A DNA stretch of 28,608 nucleotides from assembly GCA_030704615.1 (NCBI GenBank), contig JAKLZA010000121.1, positions 1 through 28,608 on the forward strand, written 5' to 3'. The stretch is from Takakia lepidozioides (lineage: Eukaryota > Plantae > Bryophyta). Below, piece by piece: positions 10,944 through 22,004 of this stretch. How positions within the stretch are numbered: the first letter of the stretch is position 1; the number at the start of each line of letters is the position of its first letter. Below the pieces are notes generated by a model. The model had not been told where the DNA came from and ran no database searches. It worked only from the letters and a program-made list of their open reading frames with translations. A program made the translations under genes and the position numbers.

Positions 10944-13143
10944 GTGAGCGCAGTTGCGCTCACGCGCTCACGTGACCAGGCTCACGCCGAGGCATCCCTG
11001 GCTGACCAGGATGGCTCGGAGCGGCAGACTGCACAGCTCAGCTCTGACTGCACAGTTCAGATTGCACGGCCTGACCAGCACACTGCACACTTCACAGAGG
11101 GAAGGACTGACGACCAACCTGCCACCGAGCACATTGCCCACATTGAGGAAGAGACTGAACCGCAGAGTTGCCAGCAGACTGCACAGTTCATAAACGAAAG
11201 GACTGACGAAGAACCGACGGCCGAGCAGACTGCCCACATTGAGCAACAGACTGAACATGCTGGCAGGCACACTGACAAGGAACCACATGCGGCGTAGACA
11301 CCGTCTGGTATAGCACTGGATTACATGGAGTCTGCTCCCTCACCCCTTGGGCAGGTTGTGCCATTTCCTCTTTCAGCATTGTTGTTTATGTTTTAGCACA
11401 TTATGAAATTGGGCTAATTCAACATTTTGCTCGGTATCCTCACAGGATGTTCGTCCCTCCGTCGGCAGACTGTCTACTTCTGAGGACATGACATCTTCCG
11501 CCCATGCTGCAAACGTGGGATCGACAACCATCAAAGGTGTGGGGGTGAGCACGTCCCCCGATGCGCGGGTCAGTTCTACGCATGCGACCCACGAAGCTGC
11601 AAAGACAGGTCCAGCAAGTGTAAACAAACCTGCTGACCAGCCTCTGTTGCGAAGTAGGGCGGCAGCGCTGCGTTTGTCTGCTCTATCCAGCCCGCCTACA
11701 GCTGTCCTTGCTTCCCAGGGGAGAGGCAAAGCCAAGAAGCGGACTGTCGTGGACCATGCTGAGGAGGTCGAGGAGGGTCCGAGTACCAAGAGACCGGCGA
11801 AGAAAAAGTCTGGCGTCTTTATGAACAAGAACCGCAAGCTGGCCTTGGACATAGACAAAGATGTGGGTTGTTTCCTAGAGCAGCACAGGTGAGTACTGTG
11901 CTCAGTCTCCTCGTCTGTCTTTGTCGTTAAGTGCTTTGCGGTCTGTTGTGGTCAGTCTACACGCTGGTCAGTCTGCTGCTGGTTTCATCATTGTCTGTTG
12001 TGGTTAGTCTTGTCAGTCTGATGAATTGTTCAGCCTGTAGAGTGTTTGGTACCATGTTGACGTCAGTCTGTTCAGTACATGAGGCTTCCCGAAGGATGGT
12101 CTGCTCTGTGCAGGATGGGTGCTCGGTTTGGCAAAGCACATGCTCTGCACGTGAAGGCGGGTAATTCCATGCTGATGTTTTTTTAAGGGGACCCACGGTT
12201 TGAATGCGGACTGTCGCCGGATGACATAAAGGCGGTCCAGAAGGTTGAGTCGGAGTGCACAGATAGACTCTTGGAGCTGTGGTGTCGATTCTATGAGAAG
12301 TCGGTTGAGGCTGCGTTCACCAAAACTATTGCTGTTCTTCCAACGTCGACGTGGACGGTGTTGAAGTCATTGGGGGTGGGGCAACATGAAAGCCTTCTGG
12401 AGGTCTTGAAAGGTTGCCTCAGCACTGAACGACTGGGTAAGGACTTGAAAGAGTGCGATTTCATTTTGGTGCCAATTGGGGACGAGTAAGAACTCTTCTG
12501 AGTCTGCTGAGACTGTCTTCTGAGTCATAGTCTGGTTTTGCAGTGTCGTCTTGACTCTGAGCGATTAAGTTGACCTCTGTATTTGTGCAGTGGACTAGGT
12601 TTGAAGATTGAGTCTGCTGAGTGTTGAGTCTGCTGAGTGGTCGGTCTGCTGAGTGTCAGTTTGCTGAGTCTGCCCATCATGATTGTGCAATGACGCCATG
12701 TTGTTTGATACCATTGCAGGGGGCACTGGAGTGTTTGTATCATCGACCTCCGCAAGGGCTGTTACACTCACCTGAACTCTATCAGGGACTTGCATAAATG
12801 TCCCTTTGTTCTAGGGTGGATTTGGAAGCTTCATGCGCAGTGCTTAGGGTACTCGATGGACTCACCAGAGTGGCATGAGATTGTCCAAGCATTTCAGTTC
12901 CACGCGCCTGATGTGCCCCAGCAACCATTCAGCTGGGAGTGTGGCTTTTACGTCATGTCATTCATTCAAGTGTTTTATGAGAGGGTAAAAGTCAGAGCAA
13001 ATGTCTCCAAGACTGCAAAGCCAGAGAGAGGAACACCTTTCACGAAGGACTGGTTTTCTTTCAAGTTTGCACTTGGGCAGCGAATGCAGTGTGCCCAGTA
13101 TATCGTGCGGGGGTTGGACAATGTAGAGAAACTGCTCTCATGA
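10944..13143 (+). CDS. Ulp1/C48 SUMO-peptidase-domain gene (TE-borne, multi-exon, probably degraded in its 5' part)
   Basis: Splicing 12485^12720 joins ECDFILVPIGDE-GHWSVCIID..HLNS..DVPQQPFSWECGFYVM, giving the His / Asn (Asp position) / Gln-Cys arrangement of C48 peptidases. Upstream low-complexity exons (~10944-11293, 11446-11889) include KRPAKKK. 5' structure uncertain. Confidence 0.75.
12486..12719 (+). repeat. Intron rich in AGTCTGCTG(A) short motifs
   Basis: Repeated ctgagtctgctgag units; similar GTCTG motifs in 11892-12110. Confidence 0.55.
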
Positions 13144-13539
13144 GTATGATGTACTTGTCCTGTGAAGTCTATGTATCGAAATAAAAAATGCGAGTCTTTT
13201 CGCTTACTATTCCAGTGGTGATGAGCACTTTTGTGTACTGTGGGTGCTGGCTTGTTTTGTAATGTTGTCACTAAACTCAATGGACACAATGGTATCAATT
13301 TTTCCATGCACTGTGCACCCGAGTCTGCTGAGCTTGAATGTGCGAGCAGTACGCTGCCGAGGCTAGGACTGCTGGGTCTGGTACCTAGTCTGGGAGGCAC
13401 CATATCCATGAGTCCGCTGGGACGCTGGATTGGCATAAGTTGCAGGGATGAGGTGGAAGTGTGGTGAGCAGAGTTTTGGAGTGGGCAGCATACTGACCAA
13501 CAGACTGGCTTACTGGCGCTCGCAGTCTGTTGACTATGA

Positions 13540-13640
13540 CTCTGTTGGGAGACTGTGCGTGAGTCCGTTGGGAGACTATGCTTGGGAGACTGTGTGGGAG
13601 TCAGTTGGGAGACTGGAGGAGTCCGTTGGGAGACTGTGCA
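13540..13640 (+). repeat. Five copies of (G)TTGGGAGACT(G/A)
   Basis: Copies at about 13544, 13567, 13582, 13604 and 13625. Confidence 0.7.
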
Positions 13641-13688
13641 TTAGTCCATTGCGGACTTGTATTTCAGAAAGGGACAATGCTACCAGAA

Positions 13689-13952
13689 GAATTGCAGACT
13701 TATATTGTCTTCTTCGTGACACGTACACGACATGAAACCTTATCTCTTTTCGAGGAATTGCAGACTTATATTGTCTTCTTCGTGATACCTACACGACATG
13801 AAACCTTGTCTCTTTTCGAGGAATTGCAGACTTATATTGTCTTCTCCGTGACACCTACATGACGTGAAACCTTGTCTCTTTTCGAGGCATTGCAGACTTA
13901 TATTGTCTTCTTCGTGACATCTACACGACCTGAAACCTTGCGAATTTTCGAG
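13689..13952. repeat. Four tandem copies of a 66-bp unit overlapping the 3' end of the second transposase
   Basis: gaattgcagacttatattgtcttcttcgtga... starts at 13689, 13755, 13821 and 13887. Confidence 0.92.
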
Positions 13953-15154
13953 TATATATGTGCTGCAGGTGCAGGTGCAGACACCCTCTTGCTGGTTCTC
14001 CGCAAAACCCTAGGCCGGGTTTTCCAGGCCTTCACGAAATCTCGTCTCCTTTTCAGAGACATGTTGTTGTTGTCGTTCAGAGGACGGAAAGCCTTCGCTG
14101 CCGCAGGGTGCAACATTCCAGCCGCACTTTTCGCCAGGATATCAACGAGCTGCCCTCTGCACATATGAAGAGCAGATCGGGCATGTGCCTCCAGGTAACC
14201 TACAATGCGAAGTATGTCCGCGAATTCTTGTTCCAATGAGGCTGAGACCTCCAGAGGTGCCTCGTCGTAGGGGAAGTCGTCCGGAGGATGTCTTTCCATG
14301 AACTGATTGGATTCGTCGTTGCCGCCGGCACCATTGCCCAAGAGCAAGTTAGGTAATCCTCCATGAATGGTTCCTAGCGCCGTGCCATAAGCGCGCACAA
14401 GGAGGCCATCCTGCAGGTCAGGGTGAAGCATCTTCAGGACATGAACCTGATGCTTGCATAAGTTTCCCTTCATTGCCCATGGGCACGTGCAACAACCCCA
14501 ATCGCAATCAGGATTGTAAACAATGTATGTTGTGTCGGGGTGGTTGCTGCTGAGAACGTAGGCTGGTTCACCAGGACCCAAGGGAAGAGTAACACTCTCA
14601 GCAGAAATGTCTCGTGCCGCAAGTATAGAATTGGATATGTACTTTTCGTGTTTGTCATTTCTTATGAACCCGTGGGTCTTCAAATGGATTGCGTACCAGT
14701 AGTGTGTTAGCACACGGCCAGTGAGTTCCCATATAAGCCAGTCCACTCTACGACCACTCATCTTACCTTTCCCCATGGCAAGTCTTGCCTTCAGATTTCC
14801 ATGGTATGCCTCAATGCTTGCGTTTGTGTCTTGCCTCACATGAGGGACATGGCGGGCTGCTGTACACCACATTGCTATTTTGGGCTTCCAGTACTGTTCA
14901 ATATAGTCAAGAAATTTATGTCATTTCGGGTATTTTGACCTCATACGACGGATTCTCCTTGCAACCCACCGAAGCGTTCTTTTCTCGTTGCGTGGTCCCC
15001 CTCTACAGTACATGAGGTCTCCCATATCCTTCAACAAGTTTACAGCGGTCACCGAATCCTTCATTTTCTTGCATGATTGCTTCACCCATGCCTTGCGGAC
15101 ATGCCAAAGGCAGAGGAAAATGAGTACTCCTTCAAAAACAATTCTGCACAACAC
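13898..15154 (-). pseudogene. C-terminal half of a second MULE transposase (CxxH, catalytic E, SWIM); N-terminal exons not seen in window
   Basis: IFLCLWHVRKAW (~15100), RQDTNASIEAYH (~14811), GRRVDWLI, SWIM CTCPWAMKGNLCKH (~14450-14492); frameshift at about 14880-14960; splice acceptor tgtgcag near 15145. Confidence 0.8.
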
Positions 15155-15179
15155 ACATGGTACACATTAGAGTCTTGGG

Positions 15180-15535
15180 ATCCGACTGCAATGGTGGACT
15201 GCCGGAGTGGACTGTAACAGCGACCTGTATCAGCGGGCAGAGCCACTGCACTCGGCCAGTGGACAGTACAATGCCATGACGTTGATGTGCTGAAATAACC
15301 CCATTGGACTTCCCCTAGCTAGGTCTGGGGCAGCGGACTGCCCCATTGGACTGCCACAGCGGACTGCTAGCGGACTTGCCAGGGGAGTGATGACCGGACT
15401 TGACAGCGGACTACCAGTGGATTTGCCCAGCGAACTGCCATCGGGTTTCGCCACAGGAGTCTGCCAGTGGACTGTAGCAATGGACTGCTGCAGTGGACCT
15501 CGACAATGGACCGGTGCTGTGGACCAACAGACTTA
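15180..15535 (+). repeat. Array of more than 10 (T/C)GGAC(T) motifs in the putative transposase intron
   Basis: tggactg/cggactg/cggactt recur at 11-30-bp intervals. Confidence 0.6.
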
Positions 15536-15584
15536 CCAAATCAATGAGTAGTCTTCAGCGCCAAGAATGATTCAAGATCGATGT

Positions 15585-15772
15585 TGTCGTGCGCATACAT
15601 ATCGCTACACAACTACATCGCTGTCCAAAACCACACAACACATGTGCACACCACACACTAGTATACCACTAGTCTACCACTAGTCCAACCACTAGTCCAA
15701 CCACTAGGCTACAACTAGTCAGTCACTAGGCTGCCACTACGCTGCCCACTATGGCAGTCACTAGTCCACACA
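15585..15772 (-). repeat. Terminal repeat segment A (outer copy)
   Basis: TGTCGTG...CCACACA; identical to 16103-16278 except for one extra 12-bp ACTAGTCCAACC unit. Confidence 0.95.
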
Positions 15773-15773
15773 A

Positions 15774-16100
15774 TGATAAAGAGGAAGAATACAAGCACAA
15801 GCTCATGCGAGCTCACAAAGCTGAAGCATAAACTCAGGCATATATAACCTCATCACTCAAATACAAGTCAAGCCAAGTGCACCCCACGCCATGGGGAATC
15901 CACACTACGGCGCCATAGCTAGGCGCGGTGAGGCTCAACTCGAGAAAGATGAGCCTCCCGCGCTTGCCGTGAAGATAACCACTCCAGGGCCTAAATCTGC
16001 CTTGACCCCTGGATTGACACTTGGGCCAATCCCAAATGTCAATATGTAAAAGCTAGCTATTTCCTAGCTAGTTTCACACTAGTGGTAAAATAACTTGACA
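15774..16100 (-). repeat. Terminal repeat segment B (3' copy, 327 bp)
   Basis: TGATAAAG...CTTGACA; differs from 27334-27657 by a 1-bp indel, a 2-bp indel and one substitution (by eye). Confidence 0.95.
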
Positions 16101-16102
16101 GC

Positions 16103-16278
16103 TGTCGTGCGCATACATATCGCTACACAACTACATCGCTGTCCAAAACCACACAACACATGTGCACACCACACACTAGTATACCACTAGTCTACCACTA
16201 GTCCAACCACTAGGCTACAACTAGTCAGTCACTAGGCTGCCACTACGCTGCCCACTATGGCAGTCACTAGTCCACACA
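16103..16278 (-). repeat. Terminal repeat segment A (inner copy, adjacent to PPT)
   Basis: Direct repeat of 15585-15772; joined to B through the palindrome GACAGCTGTC (16097-16106). Confidence 0.95.
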
Positions 16279-16280
16279 AT

Positions 16281-16290
16281 CGCCCCCCTA
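16281..16290 (-). promoter_or_regulatory. Polypurine tract (plus-strand primer)
   Basis: Minus strand reads TAGGGGGGCG-AT-TGTGTGG, i.e. a G-run just before the TG start of segment A. Confidence 0.65.
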
Positions 16291-16538
16291 GCTGGTGCTT
16301 AGGTCCCTCTAAGTCCAGGTAGCCACAAGATGTGATAGTGACCATAGCCTCACTAAGTCCTCCACCACTATCCCTACTACACTCAAACTCGATAGATCAA
16401 GAGGCCGGGTGCAAGAGTTGCCCCATCGTTAGTCGCCGTCTTGCAACCTGTGAACTTGAGCTTGGGATCTCATGTATTGACTCCTATGAGCTTGGCCTCC
16501 CATGTCTTGTTAGCTGCCTCCAGTCATGTCCACTGCCA

Positions 16539-19500
16539 CTATCCCAAGCAGTGTGGACACAACCAATCTCCGTCAGGAACCTTCTCAAGGGGTGGTGTCA
16601 AGCATCCCATATGCCAACCCCTTGAGCACCGATCACACACCAGCATGGTGGCTGCCCCTTTGGCAGACCCACAGAGCATGCACCTCAAACCTGCAGGTAC
16701 CACTGCCAAGTTTGGGTCAACTCTGCCATCGACATTGGGAAGGTGACATGGCGCACAATTACGCACATGGTCTTTCCAAGTCATGCCATCCCGACCCTCT
16801 AAGATCAGGACCCCTGAGGGCAACACCTCTCGAACCCTCAGAATAACACGCCCTGCAGTAACATCCAGAGTCGTAGGAGCAGTCTGCTGCAAATAAACAT
16901 AGTCACCAGGGCTAAACCTCCGAACCCCAGGACGATATCCTCCACCACATATAGTGGCATACCTCAACGTATCACGGTGCTGTGCAATGGCAAGGTTCTC
17001 AAAAGCCATGGGCATGACTTTCTTGAACAACTCTGCACGCTGATCACATGCACGTACCCACATGTCCGGATCGTCAAGGTTAAGGACTTGAGCAGTGTCC
17101 CTACGAATGGCTGCAGGCAAATCCGGCTCTCGGCCAAAGAGAAGGAAATATGGTGAGAAGGAGGCAAGTGATGCTTGTTTGCTGAACCTTAGCCCATGGC
17201 TAACCAAGGAACCTGAAGATCCCAATCTCCTAGGTGTCCCTTCTGCAAGCCATACTTGCGCAAACCCCTCTTCACCGTCTGAACAACTCTCTCTGCTAAG
17301 CCATCGGCCTCAGGATGATCCCGAGAAGTGGTGCGGTGGTCTATCAAGGCTTTATCACACAAAGCCTGAAACTCCCCCAAGAACTCTCTCCCTTGGTCCG
17401 TGAGTACCTCAGCTGGAGCACCAAATCGGCTAAGCACACGATCCAAGAATGCATACGCAGCCCCCTCACTAGCCTTGTCAGGCAATGGAACCAACTCAAT
17501 CCACTTGGAGAAGTGCTCCACCATCACCAACACATATCTGTGGTGGCGCATAGTCAGTGGCAACGGTCCTGCGAAGTCAAGACTCCACCTGTAGCCTAAT
17601 CCCATGATTGGTAAAGGATGCAACTGTGGTGTAGGGGCGTTGAATGAAGCACGCACCCTGTCACACACCATGCACCTAGCCACAAACTGTTGCACCTCTG
17701 TATGCATACCACGCCACCAATACTGCCCCTGCAGTAAACTGTGAGTGCGTCGCACTCCAAAATGCCCCAACTCCTCATGGGCATGCCGCACTAACCGTGC
17801 ACGCTGTGTGGGGTGAGGCACAATCCTCACCCGACCATCCTCCCACACTCGAAGTAGGTGTATCCCCTCCCACTTGAACCTCTTGGCTTGTTGCAGGATC
17901 CGATCCCTCTCCCTGGCAGTCACAATGGCTGCCGTGTCTCCCGTGCGGAGGTAGTCCAACACAGCCGAATCCTCATGTATATCTCTGGCACCACCTAGCT
18001 CATCACTAGCCTCAGGGTCCTCAGACACTCCGTCTACAGTCATCCCTGTTGTAGGTCCAATCTGACCTCCCGATGCCAAGATACACAAAAATGCAGATGC
18101 GTGCCATCCCGGCACCATCTCCTCGTCCGTCTCACCATGCCACCGAGCTCCAGTGTCATCCTGCTGGCTCATGCATGGATTGCGACTCAATCCATCCGCA
18201 TCCCGATTGACCAAACCCGGTCGATGCACAACCTGAAAGTCATACTCCTGGAGTATAAGTGCCCACCGTGCAAGCTTCCCCGTAAGCTTGTCTGACTCCA
18301 TCAACCACTTGAGTGGCTGGTGATCCGTGACAAGGGTGAAAAGATTGCCGTATAGATAGCACCTGAAGTGTGCCATGGCCCACACTGCAGCTAAGCACTC
18401 TCCCTCATATGAGCTGTACTTAGCCTCTGCAGCGTTGTTCGAGCGACTAGCGTAAGCCACTACGAACTCTCTTCCCTCATCATCCACCTGTGTGAGCACC
18501 GCTCCAAGCCCCAGCATGCTCCAATCCGTATGCAGCTGAAAGGGACGCCCCCTGATAGGTCGTCTCAAGATAGGCGCCGAGGTCAACCTCGCCTTGAGCT
18601 CTTGAAAAGCTCGTTCCTGCTCATCTTCCCACTGCCACTCTTGGTCCACCTTGGTCAGCTTGGTTAGAGCCTTTGCAATGGTACTAAATCCCTTGACAAA
18701 CCGTCTATAATAGTTTGCCAACCCCATGAAAGCTCGAACTCGGCTCACATCCGTGGGGCGTGGAATTTGTGCAATGGCCTCTACCTTAGTCTGCTGTACC
18801 CCCAATCCTCCAGGATATATCATGTGACCCAGATACTCAATCTGGTTGTGGAAAAACTTGCACTTCCCCGGATGCAACTTCAATCCGTGCGCTCTCAAGC
18901 GCTCCAATACCACCTGAAGGTGTCTCTCATGCTCCTCCATCGTAACACTAAAGATGATGATGTCATCTATGTAGCACCGAGCAAAGTCCACCCCTGCTAG
19001 AATCCTATCCATGACTCTCTGAAACTCTGCAGGAGCATTCTTAAGCCCAAATGGTAAGAACCGCCACTGATATAGGCAATCCTTGCCGTGCTCATTGATC
19101 CCCCAGAATGCCGTCTTCTGCTTGTCCGCCTCCTTGATTGGCAACTGGTGATATCCGGATCGTAAATCCAAAGTGCTAAAGGCCTTAGCATGCCCGATGG
19201 CATCAAAGATCTCCTCTGGTGTTGGCATGGCATACTTATCGGACTTGGTCTGACGATTTACAGGCCGGTAATCACCGCACATACGTCTCTCCGTCCAATT
19301 GCCATAGACATCCTTCTTGGCTGGCATCACTGTGGCTGAAGCATACTCTCCACCAGAGAGCTCCACCAAACCTGCCTCCCAGAGATCTTGAGTCCTCATC
19401 TGAATCAAAGACCTCTCCATGTCACTGTATCTATAGGGTCTCCGAAAGATTGGCGTGTCAGTGGCCAACTCAATACGGATCTCTTGACCCTTCAGTGCTC

Positions 19501-19672
19501 CCAAGTCCTTCAAACTGAAGGCAAAGCAATTCCTGTAAGCCCTCAGGAACCACCGTATACGTCGTCTCTCTCCTCCGGTGACAATGGGTCCAATGTCAGG
19601 CTCCCAATTGTCCTCCGTAACTACAACCTTAAGTCCAGTGGGCTTAGAGGTAGAGGACGCGTCCCGTGGTTG
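16539..19672 (-). CDS. pol: Pol: reverse transcriptase - RNase H - integrase - PHD finger (1-nt frameshift at ~17190)
   Basis: RT: RMCGDYRPVN, LDLRSGYHQ, LPFGLKNAP, YIDD (~18962-18973). RH: LHTDWS, YSSYEGECLA, TDHQPL, ADGLSR. IN: H-x6-H..CMVC, WSLDFAG, VLTDQG, GLAER. ATGGGCTAAGG restores to MGYRFS with one added base. PHD C4HC3 at 16548-16682. The frame is open upstream to TAG 19673-19675. Confidence 0.93.
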
Positions 19673-19787
19673 CTATGCTGCAACCTCTTGAGCAGTACTC
19701 CCTACCTGCTCAGTCAATGACAAGGCATCATCCTGCCCCATCATCTCATCCTTGAGGACCTCCTCAACTCGAGAAGAATCCCCAACC

Positions 19788-22004
19788 TCATCCATCACAG
19801 CCGCCTTGGCTGCCAACTCCCTCTGAACCTCGAGCACCTCCCACGTGCCATGGATGCATGCACCCCGTGGTCCTCATATGCTCGCCCCCACTCACTGCCT
19901 GTACCGTCTCGGTAGGCAGAGAGACCATTGAGGGAAGTGTATTCCGCACTCTGCGTTGCTCAGCTAGAGCCAAGCTGATAATCCAGGTCAAGCAATTGAG
20001 ATCCATTGCTTGCCCCAACACTTGACGACGTGATGCCTCAGAAAGAGACGACACCGCCGTGGTACCAGTGGTAAAACCCATTGCCCGCTCACGCTCGTCA
20101 GCATTAGGCTCCACTAACTGCTGCAACTGAGCATCCCACAGGAGGCCAGGTCCACTATCCCGGAAAGCATGCGATCCTGGGAAGCTGAGCAGTGTAGGTA
20201 ATGCTGCTCGTGGTTGACCCACCTTGTTGACCACTGCCAAAGGCGAACGGTCATCGTGTCTCACACGTTGAGACTGCCTCCCTGTGTCCAGAATGTTATC
20301 CACTGTGAGATGTGCTGGCCGCTGCACCCCATCAAATGCACGCTTGAGCAGTGCGGGTGGCATCATGTTAGTCCACCATAGCCGTGGACGATGAGCCCGT
20401 GACCCCACTGTAGCTGCATCTAGCAACACTGCTGACCCAAGCCACGACCGGACTTGATGCACACTGGCCATCACCCTGGCCCGAGAATAGCCCATCAGTG
20501 GCACATTCTCCAAGATGTATGCTGGAGATACAGCTTGATGAAGCTGCAAGTGGCGCAAAACCCGCACCATCTCCCAAAACAGACCCGACCTCGAGTCTCG
20601 CAATCCATTGCCATGCCCGGCTGATGAATGCCCTTGGCAGGGCCAACCTGCCACTACCAGATCAATGGAGCCAACCCGCTCCAAATCCTGCGCCCCCAGC
20701 AACGAAATGTCTGCTGGCAAGGCCTGCTGATATCCACGAATTGCAGACACCGACAACAACTCAGGGTACCGCTGCACCAACTGAGCAACATGGCGAAGTG
20801 AAACGCGTCGTGCAGTCTCATCCCTCTCCACATACAGGTAACGCCGAACTCGTACACCTGCCTGTAACAAAGCAGCCAATCCGGTGCTGATCCCGCCAAA
20901 CAAGTCCAGAAGACAAATGCCTTCATCCGGAGACTGCCACACAATAGGTGTGGTGTCCAATGGAGACAATTGAGGTGGTCCTGGTGCAATCCCCACACTC
21001 TCCTCCTCTCTTGACGGTACAAAAGCCTCCACCCAGGCTTGTTGCACCCGTCGATCAGCATCCCGCTGCAAATCCTTGCTCGTGCCCCACAATGGAGTAT
21101 GAGCAACCATGGTAGGCAACTCCGCCATACCATACATGTCATCCTGCTCTCCCAGAGGTGGTACATCCTCTAAATGAGCATTGCCCTCAAGCAACTCTCT
21201 AGGCCAACTCACTGCCGCTGTGAATGCTGCTAGTGTCGGCATCTTGCCTCGCTGGGCAACCGCAACTCCTCCTATGAACGTCACAGGGAGCTGCACACGC
21301 CGGCCCTCCCCTGACTGCCATGCAGGCCTATAGGAAGCTGACTCCTCCCAAAAATCCAGGGTGAAGCCCATGGGGTACAACACTGCCCCACCAACCAGGA
21401 CATCGTATGAGACTGCGTCTGTCACAATGGCCTTGGCTCGCATCACTGAGCCATCTGTAGGGTGATCCGGCCGTAGTCTGATAGCCAACTCATGCCGTGT
21501 CATGCCCCGAGCCTGCTCCGATCCTCCCAGAGACATCTGTATCTGGAAAGGACAAGGCTCCATATCCGCCTCCGTGAGGCCCAAGCCTGCAATAGCAGCT
21601 CTGCCCAGCATCAGTGGCTGAGCTCCCGAGTCCAACAAGACTCGCAGTGGCCGGTACCTCTTGCCTGCCGGTCCACTCAAACAGAAAATGCCATCCTGGT
21701 TGTCTAACATGACAACTCCAGGTGTCACCATGGCGCGCTCAATGGCTGGCCTAGCTGGCAGCTCCATCAACCTGGCAGCTGCAGCTTGCCATGGCGCCGC
21801 CGTGGCAGTCTTGACCCTCAAATCCGAGGATCCCTCCGGCACTACACCTCCCACTATCTCCGCAGAAGATGAAGTAACCTCCCCACTCTCACAGAGTGTA
21901 GCTGCCAGCCTGAACACCTCAGCTGGTCTTACCCCCGGCATCGCAATCATGGTAGCCAAGAACAATGGAGCCTGGCACACAGATGTGGCCGCTCCTAGCA
22001 GCAC
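19788..22004 (-). CDS. Aspartic protease followed in frame by a complete DNMT3-like cytosine-5 methyltransferase domain (~19960-20920)
   Basis: PR: VLLDSGAQ (D at 21630-21632), YDVLVGG. DNMT motifs: I LDLFGGISTG; II YVERD; IV VAGWPCQG (20634-20648); VI ILENV (20502-20510); VIII AHRPRLWWTN; IX ERERAMGF; X RRQVLGQAM. Confidence 0.93.
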   Translation of the reverse strand: MLLGAATSVCQAPLFLATMIAMPGVRPAEVFRLAATLCESGEVTSSSAEIVGGVVPEGSSDLRVKTATAAPWQAAAARLMELPARPAIERAMVTPGVVMLDNQDGIFCLSGPAGKRYRPLRVLLDSGAQPLMLGRAAIAGLGLTEADMEPCPFQIQMSLGGSEQARGMTRHELAIRLRPDHPTDGSVMRAKAIVTDAVSYDVLVGGAVLYPMGFTLDFWEESASYRPAWQSGEGRRVQLPVTFIGGVAVAQRGKMPTLAAFTAAVSWPRELLEGNAHLEDVPPLGEQDDMYGMAELPTMVAHTPLWGTSKDLQRDADRRVQQAWVEAFVPSREEESVGIAPGPPQLSPLDTTPIVWQSPDEGICLLDLFGGISTGLAALLQAGVRVRRYLYVERDETARRVSLRHVAQLVQRYPELLSVSAIRGYQQALPADISLLGAQDLERVGSIDLVVAGWPCQGHSSAGHGNGLRDSRSGLFWEMVRVLRHLQLHQAVSPAYILENVPLMGYSRARVMASVHQVRSWLGSAVLLDAATVGSRAHRPRLWWTNMMPPALLKRAFDGVQRPAHLTVDNILDTGRQSQRVRHDDRSPLAVVNKVGQPRAALPTLLSFPGSHAFRDSGPGLLWDAQLQQLVEPNADERERAMGFTTGTTAVSSLSEASRRQVLGQAMDLNCLTWIISLALAEQRRVRNTLPSMVSLPTETVQAVSGGEHMRTTGCMHPWHVGGARGSEGVGSQGGCDG

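Noticed and set aside
16290-16540. Chromodomain or env-like ORF downstream of integrase
   Set aside because: Pol stops right after the PHD finger and the remaining ~250 bp before the PPT shows no such motif.
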